Shown: in pieces, positions 38,211-52,365 of the stretch
How positions within the stretch are numbered: the first letter of the stretch is position 1
Layout: every line of letters begins with the position of its first letter
Origin: Felis catus
Taxonomy: Eukaryota
Direction: 5' to 3'
Length of the DNA stretch: 64,000 bases
Assembly (NCBI RefSeq): GCF_018350175.1
Contig: NC_058369.1
Location: 27,902,001 to 27,966,000, forward strand
Translations under genes and position numbers: made by a program
The notes under the pieces: model-generated
What the model was told of the DNA's origin: nothing
What the model saw: the letters and a program-made list of their open reading frames with translations, nothing else
Database searches by the model: none

Positions 38211-40609
38211 TATAAGAGAGACAAAGACATGTCAAATTGAAACATTTAAAATACCAAGATATTCAGAGCTGGAAAATGGGATGATTCATGTAGTCCATGG
38301 ATTTTACAACTGTAGTGTGAGGAACACAGGTGTTGTGCACCATTATCTCATGATGGAAGAGGTTTGGACAGCTGTCAGGGGTAGGGTAATGGGGGAGAGA
38401 CTAAGTGGGTAAGATTGCAGGCCCTACCCTCACTACAAAGAGAGGGTCAAGGAGTGTATGTCTATCTCTCTCTTACTTGACAGGTCCACAGTAGGTTTGG
38501 TTTGAAAGAGATTGGACTAAAAATAATAATTGTAATAAAATAACCAAAAATTATATTCATCTAATCACCCAATTTTACTAAAGATAAAATAGCTTCTAAA
38601 TTGCAGGTCTGTATTAAATTGGAAGTATCCAAATCTCTATCCAGCATTCCTTTGATTCTACCAAGCTACCTTTCCTAATTTGATTCTGCAAAGATTAAAA
38701 ACAAACAAGCAAACAAACAAAAAAAGGTATAGTATGTTATGCTTCATTTCTTACACTACACAGAAATATTTCAGTTGTGCTTACCAGAATTTTAGGATTT
38801 TGAAGCAAGCCTGCCTGAACTCTCAAAGCTTCTAAAAGCAACGTCAACATCAAATATGGACAAAGGAAGCAAGAAATATCTACCTATGCATCTAGTAGGG
38901 TAAAAATTGATCCATCTAGTAAATACCTGCAATAAGCTAATTAAAATAACTAGTTCTAGCAATCATTTTGGTTGGCAACATTTAGAGTCCCAGGAACAAA
39001 GAATATTCAAAGATTATACCACAATGCTTCTTTTCCATTTGCATACACATACAATGCCTGGACTAGGTAATATAAAATTTCCAATAATCATGAAGAGAAC
39101 ATTTAAAAATTTTACAGTTAAAAAGAATAATTTTTGGAGTAATTGTGAATCTGTTTTCTAAAACTAATGACTTTTTAAAACTCTAATCAATTACCATGAT
39201 AAAGACATACACTACAAGTACTTGGCACATGTAATTATAGCAAAATGAACACACACCATATCAAGCACAATCTATAGGTCAAATGGCAATAAGAAAATAC
39301 TTTCCACAGTGGCCCACAGTGACTGAAGGGAGTCCAAGACTAAAAGTATATTTCACAATGCCAACTGAAAGCTTTGACAAGGAAAGGGAAGAAACACTGA
39401 CCAGTTGCTCACGAGATAACCTGCTATACTGAGCTTTAATACATTTCAAAACAAAAGAGATTTTATATATAAACTGTGGAAAATTTGAGGAGGTTTTACA
39501 GTAATCTGAGAAGGCCATTCTAAAGGACCAAGACAGCTACTTGCAATTCTTTGTAAGAGTCAAATCTGTTTGTTTGTTAGTTTTATAATTCAGAAATATT
39601 AAGAGTCAGACACTAACACAAGTAAGAGTTAACAGTAAAATACAAGTCCAATGAAAAGCTAAAACTCTGAAAACCTATTTAATCTTACCACATCTCAGGT
39701 TCTTTTTAATAGTGATAGGTCAGGTTCCATGCTCTCATTGGGGTAAGACACAATATTTCAGTGTCCCAGAAGGATTGGAGTCATAAGCAAAGACTTTCAC
39801 AAACCATTTGTACAACTACTCAGTGTACTGCCTGTCTATCTAATACCAGGCTGAAATATGGTGACTGATCAGTGCATTGCATGTCTACAATCTACTAATC
39901 CTATGGCTTGTATTTAAACAAGGCTGTTTGGATAGATAATCCAGACAAATGCAGTATTCCATAACACAAAGCATTTTTGGATGTCTTAGGCTATCACCTA
40001 AGCCATGAGCAAAATTGATTTTTCCAGACATGTTCCAGTGTCTGCTCGCCCTTTCCTGCTACCAACTGTCATCTCGCTCCCCTGATAAAACTCTTGACAT
40101 GTTTTGCAGGATTCTCTACTCCTTTCCCATTCCAAACAGCTGTCTTCCTTTCCTGGCAGAAACTCCCTGACATCTGGATACTCAGGATGGCTACGGCTAT
40201 GATGGACAGGTTCCATTTTATCCAACTACCCAGCTCTGAGAATATAAAATGAACAAAAGAGGGAAGAATATAAAACCTTCGCCTGCTGAACAAATACCAA
40301 ATCAAGTAATGGACGTATCAAAACCTTAAAATTCAGAGTATTTTAAAAGTAGTTCTGTGACATCTGGAAGATGGTACAGAATACACAAATGCCATGATTC
40401 TGAAAGAATAAATGATGACAAGCTTCTAAGGTTCTACCCAGGTGGTGATAACAAATCCAGACCCCCTAACTCAAACACAGAATTTCTGCTTCATGGCCTA
40501 ATTTGATGTTTTTTTTCCCCACTATATTTAAGAACAAAAAACATGTGTGTTAGATGAAAATGGATGAGTTGAAGAAAAATAAGACATAAATCACTTTCCT
40601 TGAGCTCAT

Positions 40610-41140
40610 TGCCCACGTCCAATCAATCACCAGTTTCACTTTGCACCACTTCCTAAATACATATCTCTTGCATATTTTGCTATAGTGTTTTTTTTAAACT
40701 GTTTTGTCCTATGTGTTCCTCTCAATATTTCAGTCTAGTCTCCAAAAGCCGCTAGAGTGATATTTTTAGAAAATGCAAATTGGGTCACGTCATCTCCATT
40801 ATTCCCTTCCTAGTAGAATAAAACCCACACTTGCCCACATGAACCCCAAAGCCTTGCGTGACCCTGGCCCCAACCCTTCTCTCCAGCCTCAGCATGAGTT
40901 TCTTGCCCTCTCACTCAACATATTCAAAACACACTGGCCTGCCTTCCATTAGCAGAGTAAGGCAACCTCCCCCTGATGGCTCCACTCTATTCTCTTTGCC
41001 TCATTCCCTCCAGCTCCTGTTCAGATCTCAATTTATGTGTCACTTCCTAAGACATTTACTCCTCAATCTACTAGAATATGTTAGGTATCCTTTTCTACCT
41101 CTTATGGGATCAATTTTTCTGTGTGGCAGTCTTTACAACT
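40610..41140 (+). mobile_element. L2 LINE fragment
   Basis: gctagagtgatatttt...ggtcacgtca, ccctggccc, ttcagatctcaa...tgtcacttcct motifs. Confidence 0.65.
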
Positions 41141-41149
41141 TATTTAATT

Positions 41150-41412
41150 AACATATTAAGTCAAACATTAAGGAGATTTACAAAACTATAAAACAATGGC
41201 ATTCTATTTGTTTTCAAAAATACAGGTTTATTTTATGTTATGCTAATGTATAATGGCTATTGTTTTAAATGAATATTTTAAATATTTCTGGGTTTTAACT
41301 TCTATTATGATAAATATCAATAGATATAACCATATAAACAAAAATCCTTTGGGTCTTCAATAATTTTTAAGAGAATAAAGAGTCCTAAAGCCAAACAGTT
41401 TGAGAACCACTG
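41150..41412 (-). mobile_element. Charlie1-type hAT DNA transposon end
   Basis: tcaataatttttaagag...gtcctaaagccaaacagtttgagaaccactg terminal sequence. Confidence 0.75.
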
Positions 41413-43063
41413 CATAAGAAAAAAAGAATACTGTATTATACTTGATATTAAATCTTCTAAAAATACCTTAAATTTTATGTAAGTATACTTCATGGGAGAA
41501 AGAATGCTTTCATATAATATTGCTATCTCGGAAAGATTATGCTCAAGTCTTATATACTTCTCCATGAATTGTAACAGAATTGGTCACAGGCAATATGTTC
41601 ATTATAGCAGAGTTGACAAGAGATTTCAACTTCCTGTGGCAAACATAGTTTACGGTTTTAAATGAACCATTTTCTCCTTTAAAAGCATTCTAACAAATGT
41701 CACCTTTAATAACAAACACACATAGCCTCAGACTTTCAAGGCAAATGTACTTGAAAATCACAATTAAAACAAATCTTTTGATGCTGCAGAAAAGTTATTA
41801 ATGGAAGAAACAATTTTGTCATGACACGACAGAAAGTAGGTGTTCAAAAGTAACTACTGTAAAACTACAATGACAAAAATCCATATATAGCACTGTTCGA
41901 AGAACTTTATGATTTTAACTCTAAATCCTGACCATCACCTTAAATACTATTTTCATTGGCTTCGGTGTATATAACTTGCCCAGTTTCCACAGCAGAGTGG
42001 GACAACTACCTAATTTTCTCATTACACCTGGTTTTCTTTTTTCAGCTTTTTACTGCTCCTGAAGATTTTCCTGGCAATGCGAGGTAATGCCCATTTCTGA
42101 CCCTGTTCAGTGGGCATTCAGTATCAAATACTGATGTTTCTTGGCCTTCAGACTATTGGAAGCCTAATACTGTGAAATCTTTGCTTCCTTAATGGTCCGA
42201 TTCTTTGTTCAATACCTATTTCATCTGTTCGTGTAACAGATACTGTAAACAACCAGAGTTTGGAGTCTCTAGTAATTGAAAGAAAATTCTATCCAAGGTC
42301 AATGTATTTATGTTAAATGGAAGGCAGTTTGTATTCCTGAAATGAATTATTTGGCCTGACATCTTCCTGATTAAAACAGTAAACTCTGTATCAAGTAAGA
42401 AATCTTGAAAGTAGTCAAAATTTTAGGCAAAATACCACCTAAAACTATATAAACGGAGGTCTTGAACATCATGTGACAGAAAAGTTGTTATCTCTGTTGA
42501 AATTTCAGTGTAAGTGATACCTCCCTTTACTGAACCTCCCTTACTGTCCCTTAATCAATCTCTGGAAAACAAACAATGTTTTTCTTCCTCGAGTGTTTTC
42601 CCTTCATTCGATTTCTTTTTGCCCTTACCCAGAGGCCAGTGAAGCTGAGACTTCAGAGTCCCTCAGTTGAAGACTCCTTGCTGGACTACGTACCTAATTA
42701 ACCCTAAAGAAGCCTCAGAAAATTGCATAAGCTTCGGATCCTACCAAACCTGGATCTGCCTTATCTCAGTTCTAAATATTTCCGTGAATTTACAATTATT
42801 CGATTTATCTACTCCTATTTTTGTTTCACTATACTTGCACCCAGGGAAAATTCTTCAGAGTGGCTCATGGATATCAGCCCTTTGATGACAAAAGCATCTT
42901 TTCACCAAGAAAATGGCAAAGAATGACAAGTTATGATAAGTGAGGGACATGAATTTTAGACCTAATGTCTATCACTAGGTGATTAATTTCAAAATAAGGT
43001 AAATCTACATCAGAGATAAAGTGGATGCTTCTGGCCTCTGAATAATTTAAAAACATAATTTAA

Positions 43064-43288
43064 GGGGCGCCTGGGTGACGCAGTCGGTTAAGCGTCCGAC
43101 TTCAGCCAGGTCACAATCTCGCGGTCCGTGAGTTCGAGCCCCGCGTCGGGCTCTGGGCTGATGGCTCAGAGCCTGGAGCCTGTTTCTGATTCTGTGTCTC
43201 CCTCTCTCTCTGCCCCTCCCCCGTTCATGCTCTGTCTCTCTCTGTCCCAAAAATAAATAAACGTTGAAAAAAATATTTAAAAAAAACC
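43064..43288 (+). mobile_element. Young felid SINE (SINEC_Fc-type)
   Basis: near-identical to the copies at 26036 and 58398; TSD cataatttaa. Confidence 0.98.
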
Positions 43289-43289
43289 C

Positions 43290-43470
43290 ATAATTTAAAA
43301 ATTGGGGGATTTTGTATAAAAATCTAGATGTCAAATTTCTTTTGAAAAATCAGATGGTCTGGCAAAACTGGGTATAAATGCTCTGGCCTGAACTTATTTC
43401 CTACCTGTCACCCTTCACTCATCTGCATTGCCTGGCTATTCTCTAATAAGCATTTGGATTTTCCAACCTC
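43290..43470. mobile_element. MER102-like hAT fossil flanking the SINE
   Basis: ttgaaaaatcagatggtctggcaaaactggg and gcatttggattttccaacc motifs. Confidence 0.45.
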
Positions 43471-44499
43471 AAACTATAGGAATAATGTCCAAGAGATACT
43501 TAGTTTAAAAAAAAAAAAAAAAGGATTGGCAGGACAGCATTTATAGGATATTCCAACTTATATGTTAAGTTGTATATCTGATAAATTGTAAGATAAATTA
43601 AATAGTACATAATTGTTTATATGGTATGTATTTTTTTAATATTCAGAGGAAAAAGTAAAAATGCTAATTTCTTGACCAGTGTTAGATTACTAAAGAAAAC
43701 CTTTCCCACCACATATAAACACAACTTCAGTAACAAATGTTATATGGATAGTGTGGTCAAATGGAGGACAAGGCGATAGGACTTGCTCAAATTCAGGGAT
43801 TGTGGCATCGAAAATGTTCTTTCCCAGGCCAGAGCACAGACGGGAGAAACACAGATTAAACATTTAAAGCCAGCACTTCCTTCACAGCAGTATTAGAAAG
43901 GCAAAGCCACAGTGAATGCCATTTCTATCTGCCGCATCCAAGCCTTTCTGGATCTCAAGTAACATCCAATTACCCAACACGACTAGAGCAACTTGTGTGA
44001 ATTGTTTTAATATATATTCACAGCATGCACCGTGACGGCTCCTGGCTGCTATTAAAAGGGTGGGCTAGCAACATGAATTAACAATAACACATGTGGTATA
44101 TTATGGCTCCATAATGCCTAAAGCATTTAGCCAGTCTCCTTATTATTCTTAATGCACACTTACAGCTCCTGAGAATCATGTAGCTGTGAATTCAACTGAT
44201 CCCAAATGCCAAATGGAAAAAAATGCGTATCTCCTAAAAGTAGTTTAGAGGAACTGCTACATCTACCCTTCTTCCTTTTTCATCACTGGTGCCACGTTAT
44301 GACCCACAGATTGTTCTGTTTGCAGAACATTTTTGTTTTGTTTTGGACAAGCAGAAAAATTCGTAAGGAAAGAGAAGACCGTGAGGATTCCCGGTGGGAA
44401 ACAAACTTCAGGAGAATAGCATTTCAGCATAAAAGGGAAGCCAGAGGGTCTCCCCCAGCTATCCAGCCATTCCAGGATGGCTGCTAAGGGAGCCTAACT

Positions 44500-45140
44500 G
44501 GCACACATGCTTCCACCTTGTATCCACTGTCTTCCCAGCAGCTACAAGCATCCATGTAAGTAGCACGTCTTATCACATCTCCTCTGCTTACAGTTTTCCA
44601 GTGGCTTCAACGTTTATTTAAAATAAAAGGCAAATGTCTGCTCTCTTCCAACAAGGCTTCTTCATGATGTGGCTGCCTACTTATCCATCCCAGTACCTTC
44701 TTCTGCCATTTTCATGTCTCAACGTAAACATGCCCAAATCGTTGTTATTCCAAACTGTTGGTATTTGACGCTCCCTCAGACGGAATACCCTTCCCAAAGA
44801 TCGTCTAAAGGCCAGTCCCTCTTCCTCTTCCAGATTTTAGCTCAAATGTCACCTCGTCAGCAACTATTCTGTCTAGCGCAGCACATCCACTTCCCCACTA
44901 TCACAAAGCCCCTGGTTAAGTTTCTTCATTGCGCTCGGTGTGTGAAATTACTTTCTTTTTTGTGTGCTTATTAACTATCTCTACACAAATGCATGCACAT
45001 GCAGACACGTGTACATACACAGGAATCTGCATTCCATCCGGAGAGAGGATGCGTCTATCTTGCCAATTATTCCCTTCCCAGCACCCGGGATAGAATCCAA
45101 TGTGTGGTAAGTGCTCAAAACATAATCCGGCAGGAAGAAA
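44500..45140 (+). mobile_element. L2 LINE 3' fragment
   Basis: ttccagtggcttc...aaaataaaa, gctcaaatgtcacct, ends ggtaagtgctcaaaa. Confidence 0.7.
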
Positions 45141-45879
45141 GGAACCCGCTAGATTTGCAGTTCTGCCCAGAGGATCATCAAAGGACTTGATTCTGTGAAT
45201 GTAGGAGATTCAGCTAGTTGAAATTTAACCTAACAATATGCAAAATGATAGTCTTCTTTTCCAGAAAATACTCAGTCCTGGCCCCTCTGACTAGGGTGGG
45301 AAAAACACAAGCTCTAGAAAAAAAAAATATTCCTCCACATTTCACTGAATGTTCCCCCAACTTTAATCATTCACATACTTTCCTGCATGGTTTGTGTCAT
45401 TTCTGAGTACCACACGTACCAAATATTTACTCAGGCTATTTTTTCACACATTTTTACTCTATGTGTCCTCACACTAAGTAGCAGGATTGGTGAAATGGAT
45501 TGAGTAGACTGTTACAAGTCTATTTTTTTTTCTAGATCACATTACAATCAATCCTTGGCTATTAGCGCACACACACACATACACACATACACACACACTC
45601 ATTTATATCTTTCCCATTTAAAATGATCTCTTCCCACATGTGGGGAAATAGTGCATTACAAATGAAGAGAGACATTTATCCAGGGTATAAGCTCCCCAAG
45701 GGCAAGCATAACACTGCAGGGCATGATGAGGAAAGCTGATATTCACTAAGTACTCACTCTCTGAAAGGCCCTAGGAGGCATTTTATTTATTCTAAGACCC
45801 CATTTGAGGAGCTACTCATATGATCTGTTTTGCAAAGGGGACCTAGGTATGGAAAGCTTAAATATGTGCTCAAGGTCAC

Positions 45880-46243
45880 TGCTAGGGACTGAATGTGTCC
45901 TTCCAAAATCCATATGTTGAATGAACCCTTAGGCCCCTGGCAGATGATTTTTGGAGGCTGGGCCTTTAGGAGGTAACTGGGATTATATACAGTCACAAGG
46001 GCAGTGCCCTCATGACAGGATTAGTGTTCTTATAAAAAGAGAAGAAAGGAGATCCCCCTCTCTGCCATGTGAGGACACAACAGGAAGGTGGCCACCTATG
46101 AACCAGGAAGAGGGCTCTCACCAGAACCCAACTGTGCCGGACCCTGCTCTTGAACTTCCCAGACTCGAATTATGAGAAATAAATGTCTGCTGTTCCAGGC
46201 ACCCAGGGCATAGAATTTTATCATAATGGCCCAAGCGAAGGCA
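45880..46243 (+). mobile_element. MaLR solo LTR (MLT1A-like), full length
   Basis: TG...CA termini, gactgaatgtgtcc, gccatgtgaggacac, gagaaataaatgtctg; 5-bp TSD-like gtcac/gccac. Confidence 0.9.
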
Positions 46244-47064
46244 GCCACATAAGAAAAGTCCTAAGGAGCAGGGGTACTATTTAAATGCAGGTCTGTTTGC
46301 ATTAGAGTCCTTTCTCTCTAACTCTGCTTCATACAGCACCTTTGCACTGCAGAATCAATCCGTGCTTTGTGTCCCAGTAAAAACCCTCCTCTCCTAAGGT
46401 CCCAATAGCTTTTATTTGCCTCTTTTATTTACTAACACGAAGTTTGCATGTGCACAGTTGACTTCCTTTGCTCTTCCCATGCAACAAGCTTGTGGAGAGA
46501 GTCACTGAGAACCGGCTCAGCCTGCTTTTCACTATTCACTGCTTTAAAGCGCTGCTAATCTAATCACAGTCCTAGATACCATGAGACTTTTATTTTCATA
46601 ATTATATGCTGCCAGGGGCTTCTTCCAAAGTCCCCTGCTACGTCTTCACCCCAGATCCAATTGCAAATTGTTTTCTGAGCACCAATGGTATTCTTTGAAA
46701 GATGGCTGAACCTTTGGATCTCACTACCCAGGAGAGACCTGTGGGGTTTTTTCCCCTTCGGCAGCCCTTAGCAGACAGAGCACCCCATGGGTGATTCGGG
46801 GGCTGCTCCCCAAGACTCATGTCTTCACTCTCAAAGTGGAGTGAAGTCAGAGTTCTGCATCTGTGTCGCCGACCCTTCTTTCTTGATGGTTGTGTGGTAA
46901 TCACAACAATACCTTTAAGCTCAAACTTGTAGGAGTGTGTCTTCCCAGTTTACATAGCATGAACTGCATATTTTTAAAAAAATTAACAGCACAAAAAATT
47001 AACAATAGCAGCTAGGCTTTACAGCGTTCCTATCAAGTATCAAGGCAAAGCTTTTAAAATATTT

Positions 47065-47272
47065 TTCTAAAGAAGTTTACTTATTTATTTTGAGAGAGAA
47101 AGAGTGCGAGTGGTGACAGAGAGAGAGAAAGAGGGACAGAGAGAATCCCAGTCAGGCTCCCTGCTGCCAGCACAGAGCTCGACTCGGGGCTTGAACCCAC
47201 AAACCATGAAATCATGACCTGAGCCAAAATCAAGAGCTGGAAGATTAAATGACTGAGCCACCCAGACACCCC
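47065..47272 (-). mobile_element. Carnivore SINE
   Basis: TSD ttaaaatattt. Confidence 0.95.
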
Positions 47273-47329
47273 TTAAAATATTTACTTCTAAGAAAGAAAA
47301 GAAAAGAAATAAATCCCTGTGGAGTAACT

Positions 47330-47445
47330 ACTTATTTTCTCCCCATCTTATAGACTAGGAAACTGAGGTTTATAGAGGTTGTAGAATTTGCCTAAAGTCA
47401 AGCTGGGAAAAAAATCTAGGCCTCCTTATTCCAAAGCCCCTATTC
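47330..47445 (-). mobile_element. MIR core
   Basis: ccccatcttatagactaggaaactgagg...ttgcctaaagtca. Confidence 0.75.
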
Positions 47446-47468
47446 TCAAGAACCACTATACTGTCATA

Positions 47469-47487
47469 TGTGTGTGTGTGTGTGTGT

Positions 47488-47525
<38 letters not shown>
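47469..47525. repeat. (TG)n microsatellite with one interruption
   Basis: direct reading. Confidence 0.97.
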
Positions 47526-47527
<2 letters not shown>

Positions 47528-47859
47528 ACACACATACTGCTCTAAATGTCCTGTCCTGACCTGACCCTTATGCAAAATTGTAGCAAATAACAAGAGGTAG
47601 ATAAATTTCTGAGAAAAAAACAGGTTATTAACAATTTTGAAAAGAATTTGTTTTTTAAAGAAAATGGATGCTTCCTTTTCTTTCAAGACCAATAATCCAC
47701 TTCTGTCTTCATGCACTCTTCCAGGATCCTCTGAATGTTCCTGTCACAAAGTTTCTCCTTATATTTATGTCCCTACTAGGTTATCGTCAGGGTAAGCACG
47801 AACTCCCAGTTTGCTCATGGTATTCTGTCACACTTACTATCACTCTCTGAAGTGTCCTC

Positions 47860-48045
47860 TTTTTTTGTTGTTTAATTGAAGTATAGTTGACATTCAATGT
47901 TACATTAGTTTCAGGTGTACAACATTATACATTCAACAATTCTATACATTATGCCAGGCTCATCACAAACGTAGCTACCATCTGTCATCACATAGCCCTA
48001 TTACAATACCACCCACAGTATTCCCTGTGCTGTGCCTTTCATCTT
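47860..48045 (-). mobile_element. L1 3' end (L1_Carn/L1MA9-like)
   Basis: ttgaagtatagttgaca...ttagtttcaggtgtacaac...gtagctaccatctgtca. Confidence 0.85.
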
Positions 48046-48399
48046 TTGGAAGATGAATTACATGACTTCCATAACCACAAACTCCATAAAGGTGGGTTAT
48101 GCTTATTTCTCTTTGTATGTTTCACCAGGATTTTCATATTTCAAATAAATTCATGCTTGCTAAATAGTCGTCTCCCCTGGCTAGGTGCAGTATCTCCATT
48201 ACCAGATCTTCCATACACTCTGTTTATGTCCCCCTTCCAGGAATTATTACACAGCGATTGAACAGTCTACAGGCCATGTTCCATTCCCATGGCCAGCCTG
48301 GGTCCCTACTCATCTTTTACCCCATGGGCACATGGTAAGATGCTTTTTCCATCAATGGGGTAAACCATACAGTGACAAGCTAAACTTAGTATTCTTTCA

Positions 48400-48900
48400 G
48401 TATTCATTCCTTCATGCAAACACTTACTAAGGACTTACCCTGTACAACCAGACACTAGGGAAGCAAGATGGAAAAGCATGTCCCCGCTCATAAATTATGC
48501 ACAATGTAACGGGAAAACTGCAAATGGAATGGAAAATTAGAATACTGTGAGGTAAGTGGTGCCCAGAGGATTGGAAGAAAAAGTCAGAATCCCCAGATGT
48601 TTGCCTGGGGAGCGGGAGGAAGTTCATGAGGGTCAAGGACTACAAGGCACTCTTCAGGGAGAAATGTCCTGAAAGCAGGAGGCTGGGATTGGACAGGCGC
48701 AGGACAGAGTTGGGGCAGTGCTCTTAGGCAGAGCGAAAAGAAGGGATACATAGAAGAAAGCACGTAGCTTGGGGCCAGTAGGCCACCTAGCTCCCGAAGG
48801 CTGGAGTTTAACATCCTAAGGGAAATGAGTTGAAGCAGTTACAAGGCCCACTTCCCAAAACACTGTTGCGTTAAAGACCAGAGAAATAATGAAAAAGCAA
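48400..48900 (-). mobile_element. L2 LINE fragment
   Basis: ttcattccttcatgcaaacacttactaagg...ccagacact terminal motif. Confidence 0.6.
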
Positions 48901-49406
48901 TGCAAAATTTTTCCACCTTCAAGACAGTGATTTGGGGATCATCAAAATCGAATTGTAACTGGGGACAATTAGGAGACAGAAGGGGTCAGATGATGTCGTA
49001 ATAGCTTATTCTGGACTAAAAGAGACCAAAATCTCTCTCTCCACTTTAGTACTTTCTTTAACAGGACTGGTTGAGGACAAAGCCCTACTTAGGAATTTGA
49101 TCACGCTGAAGGAGAAACGGTCATTTCCAGCTCCTGCGGGGCCCCCGGGCTAAAGAGATCCAGATAGGTGCACTGTCTATAAGACCTAACACTATCTTGA
49201 GGTGGGACCGGCCAACACAGAGCAGATGTGATGACTCTGTAGGAAAGCAGAGTCTGGGGGAGGCATTCACAGCTGGTCTCAGGGGAATACAACCCAGGAT
49301 ACCATCTGAGAAAAATGCCCCATGTTAGAGAATGACCTGTGGGCACCAGAGCTGACCTCTGTTCCATTAAAACTTACTGTCTGCACTGTACTAACATGTT
49401 CTGTGA

Positions 49407-49522
49407 TCCCCATGTGAAGCCTGCCTGGGATTCTCTCTCTCCACCCACCTCCCTCTGCCCTTCCCCACTCATGTTTTCTCTCCCTCTCAAAATAAATTGA
49501 TAAACTGTAAAAAAAATAAAAA
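49407..49522 (+). mobile_element. 5'-truncated carnivore SINE
   Basis: gcctgcctgggattctctctc...ctcaaaataaa tail, no head. Confidence 0.85.
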
Positions 49523-50871
49523 TGGAAAACTACGTCCAGGGTCCAGTTGGAAGGAAGCAAGGAGCAAAGCAAGTTATCACCAGAGTCCAGCCACAGGGGA
49601 AGAAAGAGAAATCACAAAGAAGTCTTGAGGGAATGTTTGGGAGCGTGCATACATGTGTAGAGATCAGAAATGGGAATCAAGAATCATGCAAAAGCCCTTT
49701 TCCCTTGAGAAGTTCTGGTTTCAGAGCAAGCTTCCCTCTGTGGACACTCAGGTCCCACCTCTTATCTATTGCCATGCTTGTCCTCCATGCGACTATGGGC
49801 CTTTATCTTCTTCTCTGGCAAGACCATCTATCTATGTAATGTGGTAATTGAATCAGGTTTAATTTAAAGAAAAATCAAAAGCCCTTTCCATGCAGCCGCA
49901 TAAGAAAGCACTTAATCTCAATAAACTAGCAGTTAGGACGATAAGAAAATCTACAAGAGCTGAGAGATACATAGCAAATCAAAATTCTCTCCATTTGGGC
50001 TAAGGAATAAAGCCAAAAAAAGCTTTCTTTTTGACCTGAACCGCATAACACAACACATATTAGAAATATGGGTTGGGGCAATGAGCTGTGACCATCAGTG
50101 ATTCAGAGGAATCCCCAAACACTCCCCACCAGTTTCAAAGAACTGCATTGGCTCCGAAAAATGACATTTACTGAGATTCTTAATAAAATGAACATATTTG
50201 GCTGTTTCATATGTTATTGGATTTTTTGGCATACATTTCAGAACTCCAATACTTTAACTCTGCCTATGAGCGAGATGTGGATCCCCACAGGACCACCTTC
50301 CCACCCCTGGAAATATTTTTATTACCCAAGTCAGGGGAAGTGAGGAAATGAAAATTTCATGACTCTTGCCATGTAGATAGCTTAATTCAAGTGTGCTATG
50401 TTTTCATTATTTGCATTTCCCTTGGAATATGAGGACTGTCTTCAAATCTTGTGGCACCTGTTTTTCAACTGCCTCTGCTCAGAGACTTTCTGGAATAAGG
50501 AAAAACATGGCTTTCACTGAACAAATCTTTGGATTCTGCTCTACCATATACCATACTTATCCCCAGTTAGGTTAACTATGGGTCACTGGTCAAAAATATG
50601 CATATAGAGCCATTGAATAAAATAAGCATCTAGTTCTCTGAGTTGGGACGAGCCACTTAGGGCGGGTCTCTGTGTTTAAATCATGTCATCTTCAAACTAA
50701 AGGAAGCAGACTTTCTACATGGCATCCAATGCCAAGAGTCCGTGGCATGGTGAATTAACATTCATATAGGGCTGTCTTTGTTTATTTTAGTCAGTGTTCT
50801 CTATTTTTGCCCCTTCTTGACAATTTTTTTTTTTTTATCAAAACGGGAGCTGTTTTATAAATTAATTATCA

Positions 50872-51045
50872 GGGATTCCTGGGTGGCTCTGTCAGTTGAG
50901 CATTCAACTCCTGATTTCAGGTCAGGTCATGATCTCATGGTTCTTGAGATCAAGCCCCTCGATGGGCTCCTTGCTGATAGCATGAAGTGTGCGTGGGATT
51001 GCCTCTCTCACCTGCTCAAAATAAATAACTGAACTTTTTAAAAAA
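50872..51045 (+). mobile_element. Carnivore SINE with shortened CT tract
   Basis: head and caggtcatgatctc body. Confidence 0.92.
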
Positions 51046-51319
51046 TCAATCAATTATTAAATGATTTTAAGAATTATAGAGAAGGTAGAGATGGGTTGCA
51101 GGAGAGACCCATTTTTTTTTCTATCATGTTTTCAATGGTGGAAATTCACCTTTCATACCTCTTGCCTTATAATAAACAAGAAACAGATGGCCATGCCACT
51201 CCAGATTGTGCTTCACAGTGGCCGTAACAGTAATACAAGGCAAGCTTTTCATTTTCAAACTCCCACAGACCTTTATCCACCATATTGGAAGCAGTATAAA
51301 ATAAGGCTTGAAATCTCTG

Positions 51320-51630
51320 TCCCTGACATATTATAGGATCCCATTTATGGAGAAAGTTTAGAATAGACAAATCCACAGAGACAGAAAGTACAGATGAGTG
51401 GTTGCCAGGGGACAATGGTAGAGAGGGGATGGGGGCAGGGGTGATTTCTAGTGGATATGGGTTGGTGGAGGGGGGGCAGTGATGTACATGTTCCGGAATT
51501 ACATAGTAGCAGTGATGGCTGAACAATCCTACAAATTTACTAAAAATCACAGAATGGTGTACTCTTACAGGCGGGGGGGGGGGGGGGGGGGGAGGGTTGA
51601 TATATGAATTACAGTTCTACTAAAAAAAAA
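51320..51630 (+). mobile_element. L1MB-like 3' end containing a G20 run (51573-51592)
   Basis: aaatccacagagacagaaagt...gtggttgccagggg...aatttactaaaaatcac. Confidence 0.8.
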
Positions 51631-52365
51631 CATGACAAATGAACCAATTTCCCTAGACATAGGCTTCCGAAGTTCAAATCCCAGCCCCAACACTTATCAT
51701 CTTTTCCAAGCCCATCTGTAAAATGAGGAAACTACCCCATACAGTAACTGGAGGACTAAAAAAGACTATGGATAATGATCCAATACCAATCTATACCATG
51801 GTGTGAACCCTCCATAAATTTTCCTTTTATTATTATTTAATCTTGACAATTACATAAGGTGAGCAGAACATTCTTGATTTTAGAGATGAAGGAACATCTG
51901 TAAAGGATGAGGACACTGACGTGGTTGCAAAGCCACTAAGTGACAGGATGGGATGGTAAGAATTGAAACTCATGCTCTTTAATGATACATCACCCTCTCA
52001 ACGTATGTGTTAACAACCTAATGTGTACATGAACTGCTTACTGGCTTCCTACTATGTGCAGATCTTGGGGATGTAACCCTCAAGACAGCCATTACCTACA
52101 CTAGGAAAGAAAGGACAATGCCCAGAGATTAAGGAAATAAGGAACAGGTGAAATGGAAAAAGCATAAAATTAAGTGTTTTTGCCATGAGATTCAGAACCT
52201 TGAGGCCTACTTCTACCTACAAGGGGACTTTCCCACCAAGAGTAGACCAGAGTAGGCTGAGAAAAACATGTGCATACACTGTTAAGGGGTTGTATGAAAA
52301 TACTTAAGTGCAATCAGCCACTAACCTCAGTCTGAATACCATTTTTTATTTAGATTTCCAAACTC

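Noticed and set aside
42100..42120. Iron-responsive element (CAGTG loop)
   Set aside because: The five bases either side of the loop do not pair as an IRE upper stem
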